From positions 291,996 to 323,995 of the forward strand of contig NC_000909.1 of the NCBI RefSeq assembly GCF_000091665.1: a stretch of DNA of 32,000 nucleotides. Reading direction: 5' to 3'. The stretch's first letter is position 1. Each line of letters starts with the position of its first letter. This DNA comes from Methanocaldococcus jannaschii DSM 2661 (GTDB lineage: Archaea > AGJL01 > Methanococci > Methanococcales > Methanocaldococcaceae). Of the stretch, positions 10,253 to 19,303 are shown one piece after another. A program made the position numbers and the translations under genes. Below the pieces are notes generated by a model, which was not told the DNA's origin, did not search any database, and worked only from the letters and a program-made list of their open reading frames with translations.

Positions 10253-11557
10253 ATGAAATTTGTTGAAAAATACTTTGAATTTGAGAAGTATGGGACTAAT
10301 CTAAAGGTAGAAACCCTTGCAGGAATAACTACATTTATGACCATGGCATATATAATATTTGTCAATCCACAGATTTTGAGTACTGCAGGTATGGATTTTG
10401 GAGCAGTTATGGTTGCTACTTGTATTGCTTCAGCAATTGCAACTTTAGTTATGGGATTATATGCAAGATATCCATTTGCCTTAGCTCCAGGAATGGGATT
10501 AAACGCTTATTTTACCTATGGGGTTTGCTTAGGAATGGGAATTGATTGGAGAGTTGCCTTAGGTGCTGTTTTCATCTCTGGAGTGCTCTTTATAATATTA
10601 ACATTAACAAAGATAAGAACATGGATTTTTAATGTTATTCCAAATGCTATAAAGTATGGAACTGCTGTTGGTATTGGTTTATTTATTGCGTTTATTGGGT
10701 TAAAAAGTGCTGGTATCATAGTTAGTAGTAAAGCTACATTAGTTACATTAGGGAATTTAATGGAGCCATCTACACTGTTGGCGTTGTTTGGGATATTTTT
10801 GACATCAATCTTAGTTAGTAGGAATGTTATTGGAGCTATATTAATTGGAATTATAGTAACTTCGCTAATAGGAATGATTTTAGGAATTTCACCATTCCCA
10901 GAAGGAATATTCTCAATGCCTCCATCAATTGCACCAACATTCTTACAGCTTGATATAATGGGGGCTTTAAACTTAGGTTTATTGACAATAGTCTTGGCAT
11001 TCTTCTTTGTTGATATGTTTGACACTTTGGGAACTTTAAGTGCTTTAGCCTCTCAGGCTGGATATTTAGATAAAGATGGAAAACTGCCAAGGGTTGAAAA
11101 GGCTTTAATGGCTGATGCTACTGGAACAGTTGTTGGTTCTCTCTTGGGAACTTCAACTGTAACAACCTATATAGAATCTGCAAGTGGTATAGCACTTGGA
11201 GGAAGAACAGGTTTTGTTTCAGTAGTTGTGGCTATGTTGTTTTTATTATCTTTATTTTTCTATCCAGTAGTTAAGGCAATTCCCCCCTATGCAACAGCAG
11301 CAGCACTTGTCATTGTAGGAGCTTTAATGATGAGGTCAGTAAAATACATCGACTTTGATGACTACACAGAGGCAATTCCTGCATTTATAACTTTGCTAAC
11401 TATTCCTTTGACATTTAGTATAGCTACAGGTCTCGCCTTAGGATTTATAACATATCCAATCTTAAAGGTATTTACTGGAAGATGGAAGGAAGTACATTGG
11501 CTTGTATATGTTTTAGCCGTAATATTCGCTTTAAGATTTGTATATCTTTCGGGGTAA
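10253..11557 (+). CDS. Purine (adenine/guanine/hypoxanthine) permease, NCS2/AzgA-like family
   Basis: About 434-aa polytopic membrane protein. The N-terminus FEFEKYGTNLKVETLAGITTFMTMAYIIFVNPQIL and the segment ESASGIALGGRTG are typical of AzgA/PbuG-type permeases. ATG at 10253 follows GGAGGGGTGA. Confidence 0.75.
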   Translation: MKFVEKYFEFEKYGTNLKVETLAGITTFMTMAYIIFVNPQILSTAGMDFGAVMVATCIASAIATLVMGLYARYPFALAPGMGLNAYFTYGVCLGMGIDWRVALGAVFISGVLFIILTLTKIRTWIFNVIPNAIKYGTAVGIGLFIAFIGLKSAGIIVSSKATLVTLGNLMEPSTLLALFGIFLTSILVSRNVIGAILIGIIVTSLIGMILGISPFPEGIFSMPPSIAPTFLQLDIMGALNLGLLTIVLAFFFVDMFDTLGTLSALASQAGYLDKDGKLPRVEKALMADATGTVVGSLLGTSTVTTYIESASGIALGGRTGFVSVVVAMLFLLSLFFYPVVKAIPPYATAAALVIVGALMMRSVKYIDFDDYTEAIPAFITLLTIPLTFSIATGLALGFITYPILKVFTGRWKEVHWLVYVLAVIFALRFVYLSG

Positions 11558-11626
11558 AGTATTTAAATAACCTTAAATTATCTTATATCTCCTATTTTCC
11601 AAATCATATTTTGTGAGTTGATAAAT

Positions 11627-11932
11627 ATGAAAGTAGCCATTTCAATGGATGTTGATAAAATTAGTAATAGTTTTGAAGATTGTAAGTATTTCTTAATTGT
11701 TAGAATAGATGATAACGAAGTTAAGAGTACAAAAGTTATATTCAATGATGAAAGTGGAAAAAAGTCTATTGTAAAAGAAAACGTTAATGCAATTATATGT
11801 AAAAACATAAGTGAAGAGAATTACAAAAAATTTAGCAAAAAAATAGAAATTTATCATGCTGAAGGAGATGATGTTGATAAAAACATCTCTTTATTTATTG
11901 AGGGGGAATTAAGTAAAATAAGTAATCCATAA
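11627..11932 (+). CDS. NifX/NifB-C-terminal-like small protein (dinitrogenase FeMo-cofactor-binding domain family)
   Basis: MKVAISMD..ISNSFEDCKYFLIV ... VNAIICKNISEENYKKFSKKIEIYHAEG...ISLFIEGEL follows the pattern of archaeal single-domain members of this family as I remember them. Confidence 0.7.
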   Translation: MKVAISMDVDKISNSFEDCKYFLIVRIDDNEVKSTKVIFNDESGKKSIVKENVNAIICKNISEENYKKFSKKIEIYHAEGDDVDKNISLFIEGELSKISNP

Positions 11933-11996
11933 TTTTTTAAGAGACACCGTAAAATTTATATACTAAATCATTATATTTTTCATATGCCTATTTTGA

Positions 11997-12086
11997 GCAG
12001 GGGTAGCCAAGCCAGGACTACGGCGCTGGACTTGAGATCCAGTGGGGCTTTGCCCCGCCTGGGTTCAAATCCCAGCCCCTGCGCCA
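11997..12086 (+). tRNA. tRNA-Ser (anticodon UGA), class II with long variable arm, CCA encoded
   Basis: Acceptor stem GCAGGGG/CCCCTGC. Anticodon stem CTGGA/TCCAG with loop CTTGAGA (anticodon TGA). Variable arm GTGGGGCTTTGCCCCGC. T-arm CTGGGTTCAAATCCCAG. Discriminator G followed by CCA. Confidence 0.9.
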
Positions 12087-12316
12087 ATGATTTAACAGCC
12101 TAACAGAGCTTTTTTGATATAGTCCAGTATTAAACTAATGTTATTTTAAACTTATACTCTAACAAAATTTTAGAGGACTATGATTTTTTAAGTTGTGCAT
12201 AACTGGACTAAAATTTGATACGGTAAGATATTGATGAATTTGAAGATAAAAATATAATTGCTTATAAAAAATATGAAAGTGAAACCCCCCGCAACCCTCC
12301 GAAACCATTGTCAATT

Positions 12317-12757
12317 TTAAAGGTCAATGTCATCAGCCCCCTCTTTATCTTCAGTAAGTTGCAATAGCTCCTTCATCTCTCTTATGGCCATAACTAAATT
12401 CCTACCAGCAACTTCTTTTTCCCTCGCTGTTGCCTTTGGATTTTCCAAATCTTTTTTTGCGGTTTTAATCATTGTAAATAAACCTTCCAAAGCCAATCCA
12501 AAATTATTCGCAATCTCCTTATACATTTTTGAGTAAATTTCGGTAGTTTCTTCTTCTATTGCTTCAAGTAGCTGAGGCTTTACATGGTTTTGCATGTGCC
12601 TTAAAATCGCACTGTATGAGATGTCTTCGTTATACTTTTCTTTTAAATATTTTGATATTTTTTTAGCTCCCCAGCCCTGGAAATATAATGCTTCTATCTC
12701 AGCCCTGTGTGGAGAGTTGCAGACTTTACATAATTTATTATTTGTATTATTTGGCAT
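12317..12757 (-). CDS. Zn-finger/HTH DNA-binding protein; candidate small terminase subunit
   Basis: 146 aa. CKVC...(HTH-like [25 protein letters not shown])...RHMQNH gives a C-x2-C ... H-x3-H arrangement around an HTH, a layout I associate with phage small-terminase or DNA-recognition proteins. It is the last gene of the packaging operon. Function is uncertain. Confidence 0.4.
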
Positions 12758-12758
12758 T

Positions 12759-14609
12759 TTAATCCCTCACAGGTGTTATTGTGCATCTACAACCGTATCC
12801 TAATGGTGGCACTAATTCAGGTCTTTCAGCAGGTACAAAGATGAGCCCATGCAGTTTTCTATGGCTTGGTCTAACTCTTTCATCTTTCATTGTGACATAT
12901 ATTACCTTGTCATTCCAGAACCTTCTCGCTCTTGTCAGATTATAGGTTTTGTTCATCTCCTCACGAGCCCTCATCTGCAATCTTGAACCCTTAACATCTT
13001 TTGCAACTTTTTTAAGATTCTTTGCAATTTCTTCTTCACCAAGTCCTTTTTGAATTCCCTCTGTAAGAACATCAAGGAACTGTTGGCTATATGATGAATA
13101 TATGTTGTAGAATGCCTGTTCCCAATGTTGTTTTAGTATATCAATAGTTTGCTGGTCTAAGTCATCATATATCTTCAATGAATTGAGTGTAGGGGCTACG
13201 TAGTCAAGGAAGAACATATCCACTTCTTCTCGAGTGAATTCCCTTAATAATTCATCCCAATCTTGCATAAGTTCGTTATATCCAAGCCTTTCATACGTTT
13301 CAAGTATCCAATTTACAAAATTTTCCATTGATTTTTTGCCGAACTTATCTCCCACTTTTTCTAATTTGCTGATTATTTTTTCCAAACTTTTACGCTTTTT
13401 TTCTAATAATTTTTGTTTTTCTTCATCTGCGTATTCTAAACCTCCTTTACCCTCTTTTGCCATTTTCAATAGCTTCTCAACTTCTTTTTCAGTTAAATCA
13501 GGATATGCCGCAAGTATTTCTCCAAATTCATTGCTTGGGAAGATTCTTTCAATCAATGCACTGAAGTCATATTTGGCTACCTGTTCTTGTGCCTTTAATT
13601 CTGCAACCATTTTTGCTTTTTGCAACATATTAATTTCCCAGTCAGGGTCTGGATTCGCAAATTTAACCCAGATGCCTTTGTATCCCATTTTTTCTAACTG
13701 GTCTGCAATCCATCTTTCAATTTCCTGCTGATACCCTTGAACAATTCTTAATATGTTCCTATCTACAGTCCTTGATGTTGTGAGCTCCTGCCCAGATGCT
13801 TTTACAATACTAATTGAAGTCCCCAATCCCATGAATATGGCACTGTCATAGTAATACAGCATTGTTTCTATCAAATCAGTTGGGATGTCTTTTCCTATGC
13901 TTATTGTTTCAAATTTTACTTCATCAGGAGTTGCAGGAATATATACTCTGGTTCTATTTTGGTGATTTGATAGTGCCTTTTTTATTATCTCTCCTGCTTT
14001 AGTGTTTTGAGTAATCCCTATAATTGTTGGGATTAGGGTTTTCTGAACCATGAGTGGCAATACTTTTAAAGCAAGTGTGTTTTTTTGGTCTGCAATCTCT
14101 TGGATTGTTTCATGTATTGGTATTGGATTGTAATATACTCCCAAATACTTTTCATCATAAAATTCAACATCCGCAGGAAAGTGTTGTCTTAGCTCCATTG
14201 GTGCAATTACAACCCTAACATCCTCTTCTGTATCAACTTCCCACCATCTTTCGGCATTATTCCTTTTAATTGTGTATGTGATGCAATACTCATATCTTCC
14301 TTTTTGTGGATTCCAATGTTTCCTTTCCTTAAAGTTCATTGAATTCGGATTGATGTAATGCAATTTGTAGAGGTAGCATTTTCCTTTCAGTAAAAAATCA
14401 GAAAATGCTAATTGTAAGTCCCTTATGTGTCTATCAATCAGTCCTGAAATCTCATCAATTACATCTTTGGATAGTTGCTTCCCATCAATTGATACTATTG
14501 AGTATGGTGTAAAGATTTGAGTGAATAAGATTCTCAATGCCATATTTACAGCAGTATCTTTTGCTAAGTCAATACTAACAGTCTCCATTTGAATTTTATC
14601 ATCTTCCAT
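12759..14609 (-). CDS. Portal protein fused to a Mu F / SPP1 gp7-like head-morphogenesis domain
   Basis: 616 aa immediately downstream of the large terminase. The C-terminal [16 protein letters not shown]...[10 protein letters not shown] is the hallmark Mu F-family motif. The portal call for the N-terminal ~400 aa rests on size and position. GGTGA-N4-ATG start. Confidence 0.6.
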
Positions 14610-14618
14610 AGTATCACC

Positions 14619-16268
14619 TTAAAAGAAACTTCCAAACTCAAATTCCTCAAATTCTTCTTCATCGTCAAACACTTGGCGGTATGAGTAATCCTCTTCATCA
14701 ATTGCATTCACATTGTGGGTAATGCAATTATAGGCACTTGAGACAACAGCATCTGCTAAGTCAGGACTACCTTCACCGAAATAGATTACTTTATCCCCAT
14801 CTATTTGGTGTTGGAGGATTTGAGTTCTTAGTTTTTGCCAAATATCTTCATTGCATCGAATTTCGATTTTTGCTTTTTTCCGTTTTACACCAGTTGCATC
14901 ATAGTATTCTTTTGTCCCTTCTACGAGTTCTTGGAATGTTGTCCATAGTTTGACGTGTTTAGATAGCCTTTCACCTTTGAATTTTTGTATAAAATATTCA
15001 CTTTGGAATCTGTCAAATGTGAATTTAACTGAAAAATGGTTTTGTAAATGATTGTAAAACTTCTCTAAACTTAAATAATCAATCTTATGTCCAAGCGTTG
15101 GAGTAAGAACAATAATGTCTGAAATTATAACCTTCCCTTTATCGAAATAACTTATCGCAATTACGCCCTTATCTCTGTTAATCGCAAGGTCAGTATGGCA
15201 GTAAATGGTTTTATCTGTGCTTTGAAGTTGTTTAAACTCCAATCTTATCAAATTGTTTTCATAAATTGCCCTCCATGTGAATAATCCCATTTCCACTTTA
15301 TGCCTTGCTTCCAGAGCTTCTAAACTGATGAAATAAGCGTTCAATTCAGGAGGTTCGCATTCATACATACATCTTGCAAGGATTGGGTTCTTTTGGTATT
15401 GTGCTTTAAAGTCTTCTTTTGAAACCCTTGTATTCACTTCCCATGTTTTCCCTTTGAATGTATATGCCTCATCGACTGCCTTATAATCAAGATATAATCT
15501 ATATCCTACGTCATCTCTCGGATTTGGAGTTGGAAATCTTGTCCATGTGATTGCTACGACTCTTGCTTTATCTTTGAATCTTGACTTTGCAGAACTTAAC
15601 CCTTGTTCAAATAATTGCTCTGCATTTTTAAAATCTGGGTCGCTTATCTCATCAGCTACAACGCATAGGGCATTCATCCCTTCAAATGATGTTGCTCTTG
15701 AGTGACCTGAGTGCATTGTTATTTTATCTCCTATCTCTGCTTTTGTTTCCAATACACATATAGGGGCTTTTTGTCTTTTTTTCTTATCTATCCCTATCAT
15801 TTGCCATACTTTGCATTTAAGAAACCATGCTTTAAACTCTTTGAAAAAAACATTCTTTGCTAAATGGTCATTGGGGGCAACATTAACAAAATCAATTCTT
15901 GTGAATTTTTCATAATAATCTTCTACACAAGCTCGGAACATCATATAATTGAACAATAATGAAACCATGAAGTCCTTACCGCCACCTTTTCCAATAATCA
16001 ATATATTAATGGGATGTTCAACCATATTGAGTAATATTTCTTTCTGTTTTTCGGTTATTGTGTGCAAATCCATTGTTATTTCACAGAATTCTATAATATT
16101 TAATGATTTTAATTTGTCAATTAACTCATAGAATAGCGGAGGGAAGTTATGTTTATTCAGTTTTTGAGGTATGGGAATATCTAACTTTTTGCAGAGTTCT
16201 AAAAATATTTTTTTATTGAAAGTTTTCTTTTTGAGAGATTCTCTCACTAATTCGACGATATACATCAT
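14619..16268 (-). CDS. Terminase large subunit
   Basis: 549 aa. Walker A-like ILIIGKGGGKD and Walker B LCVVADEISD. RNaseH-like nuclease half with IYCHTDLAINRDKGVIAISY and a C-terminal SPDLADAVVSSAY. The ATGA overlap with the upstream gene suggests translational coupling. Confidence 0.75.
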   Translation of the reverse strand: MMYIVELVRESLKKKTFNKKIFLELCKKLDIPIPQKLNKHNFPPLFYELIDKLKSLNIIEFCEITMDLHTITEKQKEILLNMVEHPINILIIGKGGGKDFMVSLLFNYMMFRACVEDYYEKFTRIDFVNVAPNDHLAKNVFFKEFKAWFLKCKVWQMIGIDKKKRQKAPICVLETKAEIGDKITMHSGHSRATSFEGMNALCVVADEISDPDFKNAEQLFEQGLSSAKSRFKDKARVVAITWTRFPTPNPRDDVGYRLYLDYKAVDEAYTFKGKTWEVNTRVSKEDFKAQYQKNPILARCMYECEPPELNAYFISLEALEARHKVEMGLFTWRAIYENNLIRLEFKQLQSTDKTIYCHTDLAINRDKGVIAISYFDKGKVIISDIIVLTPTLGHKIDYLSLEKFYNHLQNHFSVKFTFDRFQSEYFIQKFKGERLSKHVKLWTTFQELVEGTKEYYDATGVKRKKAKIEIRCNEDIWQKLRTQILQHQIDGDKVIYFGEGSPDLADAVVSSAYNCITHNVNAIDEEDYSYRQVFDDEEEFEEFEFGSFF

Positions 16269-16672
16269 CTCATCCTTTTAATGACTTTTTCCACGATTTT
16301 CGGTAAATCTTTTTGGACTTTTTTCAATGCGGGCTGTATAAATGGTCTTGCTGGAATGTTCTTTTTCTTACTCCCAAATTCATGAACTCCAGCATACACC
16401 ATGTTATTGAAAACTTTCACTTGCAAACCTTTTGAAGTGATTTTCACCTTACTATCTGTTGCTTTTAATAATGCTCCATGATAAATTAATCCTTTGGTGT
16501 TCCTACCTTCCTTTTCTTTCCTTTTTTGATAATCTTTGCTTAATGGTTTCCATTTCAATTCTTTCTTCTGAAAACCCCTTTGTATATTGTCATCAACTTC
16601 AGCAACCAACTCTTTCTCAATCTCATGAGCCAACTCTTTTTTAAATTCCCGCACCCATTGTTTGTAGTCCAT
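16265..16672 (-). CDS. HK97 gp10-like head-tail / tail-completion protein
   Basis: 135 aa. YAGVHEFGSKKKNIPARPFIQPALKK matches the conserved core of the HK97 gp10 family (..EfG...ipArPFl.pa) as I recall it. Confidence 0.55.
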   Translation of the reverse strand: MDYKQWVREFKKELAHEIEKELVAEVDDNIQRGFQKKELKWKPLSKDYQKRKEKEGRNTKGLIYHGALLKATDSKVKITSKGLQVKVFNNMVYAGVHEFGSKKKNIPARPFIQPALKKVQKDLPKIVEKVIKRMR

Positions 16673-16676
16673 AAAA

Positions 16677-16997
16677 TCACTTCAATTTAAGTGGTTTTCC
16701 AGTTAGGATTAAAACTGCAACGTAAGCCCCCAATATTTGATGCCCATACGCCTCTGCAATATCCTCTTTTGTATATCCTTCACAAGCCAATTCTATGACT
16801 TTTAGATAGTTTAAAGTTCCATTTTCAAGCCCGTGTTTAATTGCCTTGTCTATTGCTGCAATAACTTCTTCTTTAATATCGTCTGGAACTCCAAAAGCAG
16901 AATTTATAACTCTCAGAATCCTATCATTTGCATCAGAGTTGCTTAAATTATGTGTGCGTTGGTTTTCTTTCTCATCTAATTTTTTCCATAAAGACAT
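16677..16997 (-). CDS. Hypothetical protein (provirus packaging-side operon)
   Basis: ORF with an internal ATG at 16997 preceded by GGGGGT. No recognisable motif. Confidence 0.45.
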   Translation of the reverse strand: MSLWKKLDEKENQRTHNLSNSDANDRILRVINSAFGVPDDIKEEVIAAIDKAIKHGLENGTLNYLKVIELACEGYTKEDIAEAYGHQILGAYVAVLILTGKPLKLK

Positions 16998-17023
16998 GCT
17001 AACCCCCAATAAGTTTTATGAAT

Positions 17024-17404
17024 TCAATTAGAATCATCAACAATTGTGATAATGCAGGAGGCAGAATCTTTGAAGCTATTACTACTCCTGCCAGAGATTC
17101 TATTGCCCTCATCAGGATGTAACGTTTTAGCTTTTTCTTTAAGTCTAATGATTGAGTTGTCTGTAGTTTCATCACTGCCCACTTTAATTTCCCTAACTCT
17201 TTGATGAGGAGGTTTGAAATAGTTAATAACATACGGCACAGCTTTTTTGCTAAGGACAGGTATATAGAGGAGAAAAAACAATAATGAGAAAATTCCAAAA
17301 ACAGCTAAAGTCAATGCCATTGATTGGTATAGTTTTTTTAGATAGAAAACTAATTCCAAAACACAAAACAATACTACAAATCCGATAACTGTTTGTTTGT
17401 CCAT
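17024..17404 (-). CDS. Small membrane protein (two hydrophobic helices), hypothetical
   Basis: Two TM-like segments (VIGFVVLFCVLELVFYL and LTLAVFGIFSLLFFLLYIPVL). The ATG at 17404 has the GGTGA-N4-ATG signal used throughout this element. Confidence 0.45.
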   Translation of the reverse strand: MDKQTVIGFVVLFCVLELVFYLKKLYQSMALTLAVFGIFSLLFFLLYIPVLSKKAVPYVINYFKPPHQRVREIKVGSDETTDNSIIRLKEKAKTLHPDEGNRISGRSSNSFKDSASCIITIVDDSN

Positions 17405-17408
17405 ATTT

Positions 17409-17672
17409 TCACCATTCATCAATTATTACCAATCGTTTTCCCGAAGCCTTTAGCAATTTTAAAACTGTTGAGATTCTTGGGTCCTGCAACTCATTATTTT
17501 TGATTTTGTGAAGTGTGCCTTTTCCAAGACCTGTTTCTTTAGAATACCTGTATATTGAACCTTCATTAACAATTTTGCTAAGCTCTTGCATCAATTGTTC
17601 AACGTTCTTTATTTCTTTCCCTTGAACGCCAATGATAAAAATTGCCTGTTTTGAATCGGAGTCTGTCATCAT
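17409..17672 (-). CDS. XRE/Cro-like helix-turn-helix regulator
   Basis: YSKETGLGKGTLHKIKNNELQDPRISTVLKLLKASGKRLVI resembles an XRE-type HTH. It is the first gene of the leftward operon, next to the divergent control region. ATG at 17672 is preceded by GGGGAT. Confidence 0.55.
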   Translation of the reverse strand: MMTDSDSKQAIFIIGVQGKEIKNVEQLMQELSKIVNEGSIYRYSKETGLGKGTLHKIKNNELQDPRISTVLKLLKASGKRLVIIDEW

Positions 17673-17690
17673 GTTATCCCCGTATTTCTC

Positions 17691-17817
17691 TTTGTTCAAA
17701 CTTATATTTATACTTTATTTCACTTAAATGAAACAATATTTAAATAATAGAAATGATAAAAATCTTTTTGGGGCTACCCCACTCTGCTATTTTGTTCAAA
17801 ATTGTTAGGTGAGCAAA
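17691..17817. promoter_or_regulatory. Divergent control region between leftward (packaging) and rightward (head-tail) operons
   Basis: AT-rich with TATA-like boxes on both strands (about 17701-17712 read leftward, about 17736-17746 read rightward). The 10-mer TTTGTTCAAA occurs at 17691-17700 and again at 17791-17800. Confidence 0.4.
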
Positions 17818-18117
17818 ATGGGGTTATTCAAAAAAGAGAAAGACAATGGTGTAATTGATGACTTAGTTCCTAAAAAAAGTGATTATGTTGAGAAGATTGC
17901 TCAAGAAGCTATAAGAAAAGACAAAGTTGATGCATTAGTTAGAAAACATGAGATGGAGCAGTTCTATCACGAAGTTTCTCAAAATGAGAAAATTGCAGAA
18001 TTAAAAGCAGAATTAGCTAAGAAAGAAAAAGAAATCGAAGAACTTAAAGAGGAGATTAGGGGCTTAAAAGGGAAAGCAGGAGGTCTTGGAATCGGAGGTA
18101 GCCAAGTTACAAGGTAA
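17818..18117 (+). CDS. Coiled-coil protein, hypothetical (first gene of head operon)
   Basis: Charged heptad-like sequence (IAELKAELAKKEKEIEELKEEIRGLKGK). The ATG at 17818 follows AGGTGA. Confidence 0.45.
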   Translation: MGLFKKEKDNGVIDDLVPKKSDYVEKIAQEAIRKDKVDALVRKHEMEQFYHEVSQNEKIAELKAELAKKEKEIEELKEEIRGLKGKAGGLGIGGSQVTR

Positions 18118-18180
18118 GGTTGAAGTTCTGGAAAAAATAATCTTAAAAAAACTCTAATTTTTTCTTTTTGAGGGAGAGAT

Positions 18181-18924
18181 ATGCAGTCAATATTCCTTCC
18201 AGTTTTAAATCCAACAACGATTGATGGGCAAGAAATAACTGAAGAGTGGATTAAAAAATACGGTCCTACGTTGAGGGGTAAGCCCGTCAATATTGACCAT
18301 AATTATTATTCTAATGGAAATCTCGCAGTTGGGGACGTGGTTGATGTTTATTTTAATCCCGAGGGCAACCTCTATGCCCATATAAGAATCTTCGATGAGA
18401 TTTATTGGCGTTTGGTAGATAATGGAATAAAAATCAAGGGAGTTTCTTTTGAATTTAACGATGATGGTGTTGGCGAAGAAGGTATTATGAAGGGCTTAGC
18501 TCTCTGCTTAGAGTCGGACCCGAAAGTAGATTTTGCGAGGTTGGTTGAAGGGAATTATGTTCTCGAAGTTTTGGCATCAATTAAGAGGGATAGTATGGAC
18601 ACTAAGACACAGGAAAAAACTGAACCTAAAAAAATTAAAGACATGACAGAAGAAGAATTTGAGAAGTTCTTACATGAGAAAATTGAGCAAATATTGGCTT
18701 CCCATAAAAAAGAAAATGAAGACAAGGATAAAAGCGACAATGAAGATGATAAGGTTGTTGAAATACTCGCTTCTAAAATGGATGAATTGGTTGCAGTGAA
18801 TAAGTCAGTATTAAAACAGCTTGAAGAAATTAGGAAAGCCCAAAAGGAAATTCTCGCATCCGCACCAGTGCCTCCTTCTGGTTCTGGAAATTCGGGTCAT
18901 AGAAGAGCGAATCTGGGATTATAA
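18181..18924 (+). CDS. Prohead protease (HK97/S78-like) with C-terminal scaffold-like acidic coiled coil
   Basis: PVNIDHNYY...(49 aa)...GVSFEF gives a His...Ser spacing like the His/Ser dyad of HK97-family prohead proteases. The C-terminal third is acidic and helical (EEEFEKFLHEKIEQIL...DELVAVNKSVLKQLEEIRKAQKEIL). Lies upstream of the capsid gene. Confidence 0.5.
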   Translation: MQSIFLPVLNPTTIDGQEITEEWIKKYGPTLRGKPVNIDHNYYSNGNLAVGDVVDVYFNPEGNLYAHIRIFDEIYWRLVDNGIKIKGVSFEFNDDGVGEEGIMKGLALCLESDPKVDFARLVEGNYVLEVLASIKRDSMDTKTQEKTEPKKIKDMTEEEFEKFLHEKIEQILASHKKENEDKDKSDNEDDKVVEILASKMDELVAVNKSVLKQLEEIRKAQKEILASAPVPPSGSGNSGHRRANLGL

Positions 18925-18933
18925 GGTGAGAAT

Positions 18934-19293
18934 ATGACTACTGAAAACATCATCTCTGGCATAGCAATTGCAGACCTCGCACCATACAGATTTGGAAAAA
19001 TAACTTCAACTGGAATTGGATTTGGAACTTCAACAGTGAGTGATGATAGCATATCAATAGATGCGGATGGAGTCATTATTAACAGCAGGGCGATTTACAC
19101 AGCTGGAATGTATGTTGATTTAAAAGTTAATGGTGTTCAGAAAGTTGAAATTAAGGAAGGAGAATCAATAGCCCCAGGGGATTATGTTATTCCAAGCACT
19201 GATGGCAGTGGCAAGGCAGTTAAAAGCCCGATTAAGGCAGGGTTCAAAGTGGCATCTGTTGAGGGGAATTACTGCACTATTATTTTGAGATAG
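18934..19293 (+). CDS. Putative head decoration protein (DUF2190-like)
   Basis: 119 aa lying between the protease and capsid genes. [24 protein letters not shown] resembles the DUF2190 pattern. Weak call. Confidence 0.35.
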
Positions 19294-19303
19294 AGGTGAG
19301 ATG

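Noticed and set aside
2949-11808. Track ORFs antisense to or overlapping host genes: 2949-3233(+), 4766-5023(+), 6625-6939(-), 7170-7511(+), 7534-7803(+), 7742-8035(-), 7849-8109(+), 9721-9909(+), 10516-11025(-), 10851-11090(-), 11578-11808(-).
   Set aside because: Each lies inside a strongly supported gene (pdaD, ftr, membrane protein, rps10, tuf, EF-Tu-like, permease, NifX-like). Each has a low-complexity Ser/Leu/Ile/Phe-rich translation typical of shadow frames in AT-rich DNA and lacks a GGTGA/GGAGG signal.
12327-17031. Plus-strand track ORFs inside the leftward packaging operon: 12327-12536, 12594-12803, 13234-13731, 14738-14953, 15949-16131, 16459-16644, 16846-17031.
   Set aside because: They are antisense to the Zn/HTH, portal-MuF, terminase, gp10-like and 110-aa genes. 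They have low-complexity translations and no RBS, so they are shadow ORFs.
16999-17298. 99-aa minus-strand ORF overlapping 17024-17404 in another frame.
   Set aside because: The competing frame encodes a clean two-helix membrane protein with the element's GGTGA-N4-ATG start. The 99-aa frame has no RBS and an odd composition.
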